Assembly: GCA_029262535.1 (NCBI GenBank)
Contig: JAJCZF010000061.1
Location: 2,778-66,777 of the forward strand
From: Deltaproteobacteria bacterium
Lineage (GTDB): Bacteria; Desulfobacterota; GWC2-55-46; JAJCZF01
DNA length: 64,000 nt
Direction: 5' to 3'
Shown: one piece after another, positions 27,425 through 36,326 of the stretch
Numbering within the stretch: the stretch's first letter is position 1
Layout: each line of letters starts with the position of its first letter
The notes under the pieces: model-generated
What the model saw: the letters and a program-made list of their open reading frames with translations, nothing else
Told to the model about the DNA's origin: nothing
Database searches by the model: none
Translations under genes and position numbers: made by a program

Positions 27425-28474
27425 CTAGTTGGCCTCCGCCTCCAATTGCATCTCTATAGCGCGTTGCTCCAGAATATACTCTACCGCCTCATAGACCTCG
27501 TCCACAGTAATAAGCCTCATGCAGGTTTTGTCGCCCTTGTCGCAATCCTTTGAATGGCCGCAGGGGCTGCAATCTACATCATGGGCAAAGACAAAGTGTT
27601 TCTTGCCTATCGGATGCCAACGCCTGAAGTCGGTAGGACCGAATAGGCCTATGGTCGTAGCGCCCATTGAACAGGCTATATGCATCGGGGCCGAATCGTT
27701 GCCGACGAAGAAGATCGACTCGCGCTCCACTACCGCAAGGTCGCGTATCGTCGTCTTACCCGCGATATTGGTTGCCCGCTCCGTCATTGCCGACTCTATC
27801 TTACCGGCATTCTCAACGTCCATGGAGCCGCCGCAGATAACGACCTCGACACCGGCGCGCACCGTCCTGTCGGCTAGTTCCGCAAAGCGCTCCGTGGGCC
27901 AGCTCTTATACCAGCGTCTCGCGCCGGGGTGAAATACGGCATAAGGTTTTTTTACGTCCTTGATCAGGGCCATGGCCTTCTCTACCTCTTCATCGAGAAG
28001 GAAGATCTCCGTCTCCGGCTCAAGCCTCCTCAGACCAAGCTGGCGGCCCACCTCAAGGTTTCGTTCCTCCTCGCCGAGATCGTTCGGGATATCGAGCAGG
28101 ATGTTGTAGAGCCGTTTATTCCTAAAATTCTTGTGACCCTTTATGCCTACCCTTGAATAGGGCTTTAGGAAACGCGCTATCCACGCGGAGCGGTCCGAGT
28201 TCGTGAGATCTATCGTCGTCTCGAACTCCTCTTTTTTAAGCTTTCTTATAAAAGACATCTGCTTTGTAAGCCCCCACGAGCGGTCGAAGGTAATAGCCTC
28301 GTCTATATAGGGGTTATTTTCCAGTGTCTCTTCGGTGCCCTTGTTGACCAGGACCGAAATCTTCGCGCCGGGATAACCCTTGCGAAGCGCCCTTAAGAAG
28401 GGCGTTATCAGAAGCACATCGCCTATGTAACGCATCTTTATAACCAGTATTCTATCTTTACCCAGGAATCTCAT
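27425..28474 (-). CDS. glycosyltransferase family 9 (heptosyltransferase family)
   Basis: ILVIKMRYIGDVLLITPFLRALRKGYP and FVGNDSAPMHIACSMGATTIGLFGPTD. Confidence 0.85.
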   Translation of the reverse strand: MRFLGKDRILVIKMRYIGDVLLITPFLRALRKGYPGAKISVLVNKGTEETLENNPYIDEAITFDRSWGLTKQMSFIRKLKKEEFETTIDLTNSDRSAWIARFLKPYSRVGIKGHKNFRNKRLYNILLDIPNDLGEEERNLEVGRQLGLRRLEPETEIFLLDEEVEKAMALIKDVKKPYAVFHPGARRWYKSWPTERFAELADRTVRAGVEVVICGGSMDVENAGKIESAMTERATNIAGKTTIRDLAVVERESIFFVGNDSAPMHIACSMGATTIGLFGPTDFRRWHPIGKKHFVFAHDVDCSPCGHSKDCDKGDKTCMRLITVDEVYEAVEYILEQRAIEMQLEAEAN

Positions 28475-29568
28475 CTTCTAAATTCTACCACCTTATCCGA
28501 ACGTCCGTCGAGCGTTCCGGCAACGGCGTCGTATACGTCGCGAGCCGAAACCATCGAGGCCTGAGAGCCGTTCTTTATCGTTATATTAGATTCGCCCCAC
28601 GGCCTCCAGACCGTGGTCGAAGTATTACCGAATATAGCTATCGTCTGACACCCAGAGGCCGCGCCAATATGCATGGCCCCGCCCTCAAGGGTTATAAGTT
28701 TATCCGAACGGCTTAGAAACGCCGCAAAGCCCTTCAGGCCGTTTGCCTTAAAGACCGGCGGTTTAAGTTTTACGCCATTCATGATACGCGCCGCGTTCTC
28801 TTCTTCAGCGGCCATCCAGTTCATCACTACTTCCACGTCGGGGCGTGCTTGAAGCGCGTCGATTAGTTCGACATAATGCTCTACCGGCCAGAAGCGGTCG
28901 TGCTCCGGGCGCGAGGTGAGATGCAGACAGATAAGCGCCTTTTTTCTCTTTAACTTATAGGCCTCTATAAATGCGTCGGCCTCCTTTAACTCCTCTGCCG
29001 GTATATAAAGGTTGAGCCTCTTATCCTCGATATCAACGCCAATGGTGCGAAGAACATTTAAAGAGCGTTCCACCTCGTGCACCTCCTCCACCGAACCGTC
29101 GGAAGCATTATCGCCATAACCTATCTCGTCGGGCGCAAAGATATTAAAATAGTTCGACATTGGCCAGCCGCCCTTTAGCGGCCTGTGACCGAGCCTTTGT
29201 GGTGCACCGCTTGCGTAGACAAGCCAGGCGTGGGACTTTGTAAAACGGCTCCTGATGCCGATGGCCAGGTCGAAACCGGTGTTGCGTATCTCCTTCATCA
29301 CCCCGGCCTGCTTCATCCAGGTGGAGAGCTTTCCGCTATCGGAATGCTTGGCCTTCTCGTATGAGAATACGCGGTCGAGGTACGGATTTCCAGTAAGCGC
29401 TTCCTTTGTATAGTCCGCAACGAGGGCCGCTATATAGGCCTCGGGGAAAGAACGCCTCAGGGCCTCTATCGCCGGGGTCGTATTGATAACGTCGCCGAGA
29501 TTATCGCTGCGCACGACGAGTATCTTTTTGACCGCATCTTTATTAAATTTTATTTCTGCCATCTTCAA
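28471..29568 (-). CDS. glycosyltransferase family 9 (heptosyltransferase family)
   Basis: ILVVRSDNLGDVINTTPAIEALRRSFP and LITLEGGAMHIGAASGCQTIAIFGNT. A 4-nt overlap joins it to the downstream gene. Confidence 0.85.
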   Translation of the reverse strand: MKMAEIKFNKDAVKKILVVRSDNLGDVINTTPAIEALRRSFPEAYIAALVADYTKEALTGNPYLDRVFSYEKAKHSDSGKLSTWMKQAGVMKEIRNTGFDLAIGIRSRFTKSHAWLVYASGAPQRLGHRPLKGGWPMSNYFNIFAPDEIGYGDNASDGSVEEVHEVERSLNVLRTIGVDIEDKRLNLYIPAEELKEADAFIEAYKLKRKKALICLHLTSRPEHDRFWPVEHYVELIDALQARPDVEVVMNWMAAEEENAARIMNGVKLKPPVFKANGLKGFAAFLSRSDKLITLEGGAMHIGAASGCQTIAIFGNTSTTVWRPWGESNITIKNGSQASMVSARDVYDAVAGTLDGRSDKVVEFRR

Positions 29569-29578
29569 AAACTTTCAC

Positions 29579-29663
29579 TGTCACTGCGAGGAGCGTAAGC
29601 GACGCGGCAGTCTAGTACTTTTACTCTTAAAAACGAGATTGCTTCGCTTCGCTCGCAATGACT
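29579..29663. repeat. imperfect palindromic intergenic repeat element, copy 2
   Basis: GTCACTGCGAGGAGCGTAAGCGACGC ... GCTTCGCTTCGCTCGCAATGAC. It belongs to the same family as 25352-25435. ORF-track entry 29483-29788 is its spurious translation (LLRFARND). Confidence 0.6.
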
Positions 29664-29684
29664 TCGTGGTGGGACGAGTCCGCT

Positions 29685-30491
29685 CTATGATAACTTTTCT
29701 CTTATATCGTCAATCGAAATACCCTGCCCGTAACCTTGAAGCAGGATCTTTATCTCGTCATCGTTTATATCCGCGACACTCTTTATGAAACGCGACACTT
29801 CTCGTATACGTTCGCTCTTGGATACATTACTTTTAGTACGCACATCTTCGCAGTCTATCAGAAAGAGCCTGCCGCCACCGGCTCCTCTTTCATTCTTCGG
29901 TCCATTCTTCGGTCCATTTTCCACGAGAAAGTTTGTGGACTTGAGATCCCCGTGCGTAGAGCCGGTCGCATGGAGGCGGCCCATTATAGCCCCGGCCTCT
30001 CTTATAAGTCTAACCCGTTCTTTGACATGTCCCTTGCCCGGTTCCTTAACCAAATCTCGCAGCATCGTACCGTCAACAAACTCGGCAAAGAGATAACCGC
30101 GCACAAAACGCCCCATTGAACGCTTCTCAATATAGGCTATAGGCTCCGGCACGAGCACGCCGCCATCTAAAAGCCGCGCGGCGGCCTCCCAAGCCCGCAA
30201 GCCGCGAGATTGTTTAAAGCTATACTTCACGCTCTTTACGAGTTTAAAGTCTCTCTCGTAGTCGTCCTGTTTTATCCAGGCCTTGCGCTTAGAGCCACCC
30301 AAAGGAATATCCATATAGGAGACCAAACGGTCGGTCTTCTTGTCAAAGTCCTTATAGTGCCGCTCGACTACCTCTTTAATATGTTCGTCTATATTGTTCA
30401 GGAATTCGATAAAAGGCGGCTCGTTAAAACCGGCCCCAATGAAACCCTTATAGCCGTTATGTATGTACTCTACAGATCCTTCGGACCCCAT
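29685..30491 (-). CDS. lipopolysaccharide kinase (Kdo/WaaP/InaA) family protein
   Basis: Catalytic loop HGDLKSTNFLV and LIDCEDV. It contains the in-frame tandem repeat GPKNGPKN. Confidence 0.75.
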   Translation of the reverse strand: MGSEGSVEYIHNGYKGFIGAGFNEPPFIEFLNNIDEHIKEVVERHYKDFDKKTDRLVSYMDIPLGGSKRKAWIKQDDYERDFKLVKSVKYSFKQSRGLRAWEAAARLLDGGVLVPEPIAYIEKRSMGRFVRGYLFAEFVDGTMLRDLVKEPGKGHVKERVRLIREAGAIMGRLHATGSTHGDLKSTNFLVENGPKNGPKNERGAGGGRLFLIDCEDVRTKSNVSKSERIREVSRFIKSVADINDDEIKILLQGYGQGISIDDIREKLS

Positions 30492-31566
30492 CCAGAACCT
30501 CTTTGGTCGTTACCGAATCCATGCATATAATATGGTCGCAGTCGTAACGCTTGCACGGCCTCTTAACGTCACACGACTCCGGGTGCGAGACTACGACCGC
30601 GCTCTCTTCTATCGGCCCGGTAGATTCGGCAAGTGTCGAACCTACTATCGCAACGGTCGGCGTGCCTACTGCCTGTCCGACATGCATGGGCCCCGAGTCG
30701 GTGCTCACAAGAACGCTGCATCTCTTTATTATAGCCGCCGATACCCTGAGCGGAACCGCGCCCGCCGTAATGAGCGGTTTTGTCTTCATCATAGAGGCGA
30801 CCTCGCGGCTGCCTGCAATCTCTTTAGGCCCTCCCAGAAGGACCGGGTATAGGCCATCTTTTTCATATAAGAGATCGCCAAGTTCGGCGGCCCTTTTTAG
30901 AGACCACTGGCGCGTCCTCTTCGAGCCGAAGGGGTGAATCGCCGCCATGGGGCCGTCTATATTAAATGCCTTTATGATAGAGTCGGCCTCGGCCTGCTCC
31001 TTATCGGAGAGAAATAGTTCCATCTCCGTATTGTCACAATCTATACCTAGATCCTTAAGCGCCTCTAACCGTAACCTTACCAAATGTCCGCCTGTCCAGA
31101 GCGGTTTATACCAATCGAGCAGAAAGGGAAAGTCGGTCTTTGCCATACCCATCCTGAAGCGCGCGCGGCTCATATATGCCAGCGGCACAGCGTCGGGATC
31201 GTTACCGTGAAGCACTATGGCAAGGTCCGGCCCAAAGCTGCGAAGCCTGCGTATCAACCCCCTTAGGCCCATCAAATACCTAAGGTCTACCTTGTCCGGG
31301 TACTCTATTATCTGATCGATACGCGGATTGCCTGTCAGGACCAGCCGCGCGCTCGACCCTGCTACGACCTCTATCCGCACCTTTGGGAATGTCTCTCTAA
31401 GCGCCCTTATCGCCGGCGTACACATAAGTGTATCACCGATAGCCGTCGTATTTATCAATAGTATCTTTTCTATCTTCTCCTTCGAGTAAGTCTCGCTGCG
31501 AAGGTCCCGTTTATGGATATTGCCCAGAACCCCCTTTAGGATATTCTGCCTTAAGACCTTTGCCAT
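30457..31566 (-). CDS. glycosyltransferase family 9 (heptosyltransferase family)
   Basis: ILLINTTAIGDTLMCTPAIRALRETFP and VSTDSGPMHVGQAVGTPTVAIVGST. Confidence 0.85.
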   Translation of the reverse strand: MAKVLRQNILKGVLGNIHKRDLRSETYSKEKIEKILLINTTAIGDTLMCTPAIRALRETFPKVRIEVVAGSSARLVLTGNPRIDQIIEYPDKVDLRYLMGLRGLIRRLRSFGPDLAIVLHGNDPDAVPLAYMSRARFRMGMAKTDFPFLLDWYKPLWTGGHLVRLRLEALKDLGIDCDNTEMELFLSDKEQAEADSIIKAFNIDGPMAAIHPFGSKRTRQWSLKRAAELGDLLYEKDGLYPVLLGGPKEIAGSREVASMMKTKPLITAGAVPLRVSAAIIKRCSVLVSTDSGPMHVGQAVGTPTVAIVGSTLAESTGPIEESAVVVSHPESCDVKRPCKRYDCDHIICMDSVTTKEVLDGVRRICRVHT

Positions 31567-31567
31567 A

Positions 31568-32263
31568 CTAGTCGCCCTTCACGGCCACTGCGGACCACGA
31601 ATATACGTCGGCCTTTCCAATGGCGTCGAGCGGTAAGGAGATAAAATACAAGAGCATGGCTACGGGCCAGCATATCGCCGCCACCACAAAGAATCTCGGC
31701 GTGCGCGGCAGTACCATAAATACCTTATTCAGCAGGTTATAAAAGAACTCGCCGAAACGGGTAAATAGAAAACTAAAGAGCCCCCCAAGCGGCTCCATGC
31801 TCTCTACCTTGAGCCCTGCCTTTTCAAAAAGATGATTCAGGCCGTGACCAGTAAATCTAAAGAAATCATAAGGCTCGTAGTGCAGACACCATAACATCGG
31901 CGTCGTCAGATAGACCGCGCCGCCCGGCTTTAAGACCCGCTCTATCTCTCTGAGCGCGACCTCCGGTTCGGGCAGGTGTTCCAGTACGTCTGTGCATATG
32001 ACCGCATCAAAGCTCGCCTCTTTAAATGGCAGGGCAAGCGAAGAGCCTACCGTGTCGGGTCCGCGCTTCTCGTTAAAGTCCATTGTAAAGATGTTTGCGC
32101 TCTCTCCTATCATGGACTTAAAGGGCGAACGGCCCGAACCTACATCCAGGACATCTCCCCTCATACGACCGAGCCCCGACTTTACAAAGGCCTTTTTATA
32201 GAGCCGCTTGCCGATGAGGAACTTTATCCGGTTCGACCAATCAGATATCTTTTCTTTATTCAC
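31568..32263 (-). CDS. class I SAM-dependent methyltransferase
   Basis: VLDVGSGRSPF, FDAVICTDVLEHLPEP, LKPGGAVYLTTP. Confidence 0.8.
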   Translation of the reverse strand: MNKEKISDWSNRIKFLIGKRLYKKAFVKSGLGRMRGDVLDVGSGRSPFKSMIGESANIFTMDFNEKRGPDTVGSSLALPFKEASFDAVICTDVLEHLPEPEVALREIERVLKPGGAVYLTTPMLWCLHYEPYDFFRFTGHGLNHLFEKAGLKVESMEPLGGLFSFLFTRFGEFFYNLLNKVFMVLPRTPRFFVVAAICWPVAMLLYFISLPLDAIGKADVYSWSAVAVKGD

Positions 32264-32269
32264 AAAACC

Positions 32270-33382
32270 TCAAAGACGCGCAGCAACTACGTCCGTATAT
32301 ATTTTTGTTAAAGTCGAGACCATGGCCTCCACTGAAAACTTTTCATTGGCGAGCGCATGGGAACGGCTACCATAAAGTCGCTTCATCTCTGCGTCCCCTA
32401 ATATTTCAACTATGGCGGAGCTAAGCCCCTCGACATCCTTCGGCTCGACAAGCCTGCCGTTATCTCCGTCCGATACCAGCTCCGTAAGACCGCCGGTATT
32501 AGAGACCACAACCGGAAGGGCCGAGGCCATCGCCTCTATTACGGCTATGCCGAGCCCCTCCCATACCGACGGAAGCACGTAGAGGTCAAAGGCCTGAAGA
32601 AGCATAGGAACATCGCGCCTTGCTCCGAGAAATAATATACTCTGCGTTATACCGAGCGAGTCGGCCTCATCTTTCAATTCTTTTGCCAACGGGCCGTCGC
32701 CGGCCAGCACCAGCTTTGCCTCTGGTATCTTTTGCAAGATCCCCTTCATGGCGCGTATGAGATATATATGGCCCTTCTGCTCCGTCAGGCGCGCTACCGA
32801 GCCGATAATCGGAATATTTTCGGGAAGGCCCGTCTCCGATCTCGCTTCATTCTTCGTAAGGCTGCTATCGAATCTGTCGAGTTCTATACCGTTATATACG
32901 ACCTCTACCTTATCAGGGTCCAAAGAGTCGCGCCCTATAACGTACTCTCTCACCGCCCCTGAGACAGCAATAATCCTTGCCGTATTTCTGGCGAGGAAGC
33001 GGTTTATGAGCTTCCTCTTGAGCTTGTATTTCAGATATACATTGTGCTCGGTCACAACGACCGGCACACCCGCCTTACTTGCTGCCGCGCGCCCGTACAT
33101 ATTGGCGTGATAGAGATGGGTATGCACTATATCGATATCGCGCTCTCTGATTATCCCTACAATCTCTTTAGTAATCGACGAGTCCCATCTCTTGTGGCGC
33201 ATCTTGTCGAGCACGATCACCTCGACACCGAGAGACTCAATCTCCTCGCCTATCGCCCCCTTTTTACCTATGCAACAGACAGTAGGTCGAAAAGCGCCGC
33301 GGTCGAGATTTTTTACCACAGTACGCAGGTGTTCTTCAGCGCCTCCAACGGGCAGAGTTGTAACTACATAAAGTATATTCAA
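32270..33382 (-). CDS. glycosyltransferase family 4
   Basis: TTG start at 33382. GT-B/GT4 block EGLGIAVIEAMASALPVVVSNTGGLTELV. Confidence 0.85.
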   Translation of the reverse strand: MNILYVVTTLPVGGAEEHLRTVVKNLDRGAFRPTVCCIGKKGAIGEEIESLGVEVIVLDKMRHKRWDSSITKEIVGIIRERDIDIVHTHLYHANMYGRAAASKAGVPVVVTEHNVYLKYKLKRKLINRFLARNTARIIAVSGAVREYVIGRDSLDPDKVEVVYNGIELDRFDSSLTKNEARSETGLPENIPIIGSVARLTEQKGHIYLIRAMKGILQKIPEAKLVLAGDGPLAKELKDEADSLGITQSILFLGARRDVPMLLQAFDLYVLPSVWEGLGIAVIEAMASALPVVVSNTGGLTELVSDGDNGRLVEPKDVEGLSSAIVEILGDAEMKRLYGSRSHALANEKFSVEAMVSTLTKIYTDVVAARL

Positions 33383-33439
33383 ATTAAGAGTCCCAACAAG
33401 CTATCCCTATAGTTCGCGGAGCCAATTGAAGAAAGACCG

Positions 33440-33478
33440 CCAACAGAAAGCGTTGTAACTACATAGAGTATATTCAGA
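33440..33478 (-). repeat. duplicated copy of the 5' end of the GT4 gene, lying in its own leader
   Basis: 33440-33478 matches 33345-33383 at 33 of 39 nt by my count. It encodes LNILYVVTTLSVGG, versus MNILYVVTTLPVGG for the real N-terminus. Confidence 0.7.
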
Positions 33479-33576
33479 ACCAGCCCCCATCCGTTCACTA
33501 CGCCGCATAACTTCTTGCGAAACCGGAAGATAGGTGCTAATATCTCTTACCGGCTACGTGCGGAGATTTACCCTTT

Positions 33577-33636
33577 ATTCTATTAAATTACAGCAAAATA
33601 AGCAACCACGGCAGACAGATGTGCTCTTATTTCGCG
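33577..33636 (-). promoter_or_regulatory. sigma70-like promoter plus a conserved 30-nt upstream element
   Basis: Minus strand: TTGCTT (33600-33605), 17-nt spacer, TAGAAT (33577-33582). The upstream element 33607-33636 is 26 of 30 identical to 62179-62208. Confidence 0.45.
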
Positions 33637-33715
33637 AAAAAAGTTTATAGATAGCCAAAAGGCCCTTGTTCGCGTTTGCAAGTTCGAGTTATAAAGCATA
33701 GGAAAAAAATAAAAG

Positions 33716-34372
33716 ATGTCCGTAAATAACTACATACCGCACCCATGCAATACGAAGATAACCAAACCCGGTTACTACAAGGGCGAGGAACGCGATAAGG
33801 ATATCGCCCTCTTTAATTCACTTATACAAAAAAATGGCGAAGCCGACGTGCTCGACATAGGCTGTAAGAGCGGCAACCTCAAGTTCCCCGGCGCAACGGG
33901 TCTAGATATCGCCCCGAACAAAGGCATAGAGGTCGTGCATAGCCTCGAAGAGTATCCATATCCCTTTTCAGATAATACCTTCGATATCGTGATCGCAAAC
34001 CATATCTTTGAACATATAGAAGACCTGCCGCGCGTCATGGAAGAACTATACAGGATATTAAAGACGGGCGGTCATCTTATCATCAGAACGCCCTTCTTCC
34101 TCACGCACGGCTCCTACGACGACCCTACGCATATAAGACACTACACGCTGCGCTCGATAGATTTTTTCTGTGTGGAGTCAAAGTGGAAGTTCAAGAATAA
34201 CGACGCGTGGTTCAACAAGGTCTATCAAAAACTATTTTTCGGAAGCGAGGCGATAAATCCCGGCAGGTTCGTCATGAATATCTCGCCGAGATATTATGAA
34301 AAATATGTCCAGTACTGGTTCCCCGGCAATACGCTGATGTGGGTTCTAAAATCTGTCAACAGGCCGTCCTAA
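33716..34372 (+). CDS. class I SAM-dependent methyltransferase (Methyltransf_11-like)
   Basis: VLDIGCKSGN, FDIVIANHIFEHIEDLPRVMEELYRILKTGGHLIIRTP. Confidence 0.8.
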   Translation: MSVNNYIPHPCNTKITKPGYYKGEERDKDIALFNSLIQKNGEADVLDIGCKSGNLKFPGATGLDIAPNKGIEVVHSLEEYPYPFSDNTFDIVIANHIFEHIEDLPRVMEELYRILKTGGHLIIRTPFFLTHGSYDDPTHIRHYTLRSIDFFCVESKWKFKNNDAWFNKVYQKLFFGSEAINPGRFVMNISPRYYEKYVQYWFPGNTLMWVLKSVNRPS

Positions 34373-34378
34373 GCCAAG

Positions 34379-35338
34379 CTAACCGACCCATTTCGGGCAC
34401 TTTACCGCGCCGAGCAGCTCCTTGAGTTCTCTATTATATGGCTCATAATACTCGGTAAGGCGTGCCCTCGTCTCCGGCGACATCTCCGGGTATCCGCCTT
34501 CGGAGACATTCAGGAGACGATAGACGGAATCTACTCCACCCTTGATGCCGGGCCTCCTCTTGTAGAGCGACTCAAGCTTACGACTAAACTTCGTAACCGC
34601 CCTGTGAAGACGGCGGCTCCTGACCGAGGTCGTAACATTCTGCTTGGCAAAACTATAAGAGCCAAAGAAGTACGGATCTATGTCGAGAAACTCGCAAAGG
34701 GCCGACATGAAAACAACCGGGTCGTCGCGCAGGTCTTCCTGAAAAACAACCTTAATTTCCTCAGGCGAAAAGAATCTATAAAACTCTTTTAAATAGATGG
34801 CATAACGGCCAGTAAGGAGCGATCGGAGATTTTTTTCTTTCATCCTGCTGCCGCTCGGAATCTCGCCGCAGGAGGCGTAGGCAAAGGCCCTCTCCAGATA
34901 GTCCTCAAAGCGATTAAGTACCTCAAAGCCGCTCGTATGGCCTGCCCTGTTGAAATTATAAAAAGAATAAAAACGGTCCACCGGGTTTCGGAGGATAAAT
35001 ATTAGCTTGACCTCCGAAAGGGTATTTCTGATCTTATTTGCGACATCAGCGCCGCCGGATAGATAAGCGGGGGTAGCCTCTATCATAACCTTCTCACCGG
35101 AAGCAGGCTCCGGAAAGAAGGCCCCGTATGCGCGCAGGTCGGCCCCGGGTTCGCCCTTTACATCCTTGAGAAAGAAGTTGGTCTCTTTCTTAACCGAATG
35201 GCCTACCTCCGGGTGATCCGAAAGGTAGGCGTAGAGCGAGCTGGTCGCGGCCTTTGCAACGCCGCCGATTATAACGTTCGAAACCGGTATGGTGAGCTGT
35301 TTTTCGCGCCTCTTTGATCCAAAATCTATTATGGGCAT
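34379..35338 (-). CDS. sulfotransferase-domain protein (PAPS-dependent type)
   Basis: 5'-PSB-like VIIGGVAKAATSSLYAYL and 3'-PB-like FILRNPVDRFYSFYNF. No signal peptide. Confidence 0.75.
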   Translation of the reverse strand: MPIIDFGSKRREKQLTIPVSNVIIGGVAKAATSSLYAYLSDHPEVGHSVKKETNFFLKDVKGEPGADLRAYGAFFPEPASGEKVMIEATPAYLSGGADVANKIRNTLSEVKLIFILRNPVDRFYSFYNFNRAGHTSGFEVLNRFEDYLERAFAYASCGEIPSGSRMKEKNLRSLLTGRYAIYLKEFYRFFSPEEIKVVFQEDLRDDPVVFMSALCEFLDIDPYFFGSYSFAKQNVTTSVRSRRLHRAVTKFSRKLESLYKRRPGIKGGVDSVYRLLNVSEGGYPEMSPETRARLTEYYEPYNRELKELLGAVKCPKWVG

Positions 35339-35393
35339 ACTGGAGACCTCTTCAATGCTTTCATATCAATTAATCCCATATAAGAGTCGAAAC

Positions 35394-36308
35394 TTAACCT
35401 AACCAGGGTGGGAGCTTTAGCCCCTTGAGCAATAACTTAAGCTCTCTATTATAAGGGGCGTAATACTCGTTTAAGCGCTGTCTTTCAGCGTCCTGCATCG
35501 GCGGATAACCGTCGCTCTTCTGGTTCAGAAATTTATAGACGCGCGAGAAGCCGCCCTTTTTATCCTTCGGGCGGTTGGAGTAGAACTCCATCTTCTTATC
35601 GAGCTTATTGGCTACCTTATGCAGCCCCTTGACGCGCCCCACAGTTGTGGCGTTTACTCGCTCAAAGGTATAATCGTTAAAAAAGGACGCGTCAATGCCA
35701 AGATAAAGACAAAGCTCTCCCATAAAGGCGCGGACGTCGCGTTTCAGATCTTCATAGAACATGACCTTGACGCCCTCTTCTGGAAGGATCTTTAGGAACT
35801 CTTCAAGATGTTTTGCGTACTTTCCGGTCTCTATATCGCGCAGATTCTTCTTTCTTAGTTTTGCCGTCTTGGGGACATCCTTGCCGTCGCTAAATAACAT
35901 GCAGCACTCGACATACTCTTCAAAGGTGATCGAGGCGTCAAAGCCGCTTATGACGTGCAGGTTATAATTATAGTGCGAATAGAGGCGATCGACCGGATCG
36001 CGCAGTATGAAGAGCAGTTTCAGATCCGCAAGCATCTCGCGCATCCTCGGTGCAACTATATCGCCGCGCACGAGGTACCCCGGTGTCGCTTCCATTATAA
36101 CAGAGGCGCCCTCTTTGCGCTCTTTGAAGCAGTCCGAGTATATGACACGGTCCTTATCCGGCTCGCCGGTATAACCCTTTAGAAAAAAATTGGTCTCCTT
36201 AACGTAGGAGCCAATGACCTCCGGGTGCGCGGCGAGGTATGTAAATACCGAGCTGGTCGCCGCCTTGGGCGCTCCGCCTATGATAAAATTCGGCAATAAT
36301 TGATCCAT
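35394..36308 (-). CDS. sulfotransferase-domain protein, paralogue of 34379-35338
   Basis: FIIGGAPKAATSSVFTYL and FILRDPVDRLYSHYNY. The C-terminal block YYAPYNRELKLLLKGLKLPPWLG parallels YYEPYNRELKELLGAVKCPKWVG in the neighbour. Confidence 0.75.
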   Translation of the reverse strand: MDQLLPNFIIGGAPKAATSSVFTYLAAHPEVIGSYVKETNFFLKGYTGEPDKDRVIYSDCFKERKEGASVIMEATPGYLVRGDIVAPRMREMLADLKLLFILRDPVDRLYSHYNYNLHVISGFDASITFEEYVECCMLFSDGKDVPKTAKLRKKNLRDIETGKYAKHLEEFLKILPEEGVKVMFYEDLKRDVRAFMGELCLYLGIDASFFNDYTFERVNATTVGRVKGLHKVANKLDKKMEFYSNRPKDKKGGFSRVYKFLNQKSDGYPPMQDAERQRLNEYYAPYNRELKLLLKGLKLPPWLG

Positions 36309-36326
36309 AAAAACGCTCTCCCCGCT

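Noticed and set aside
33640-33700. Sigma-54 promoter at GGCCC...TTTGCAAG upstream of the methyltransferase gene
   Set aside because: The GG and GC elements are 15 nt apart instead of the required 10-11 nt.
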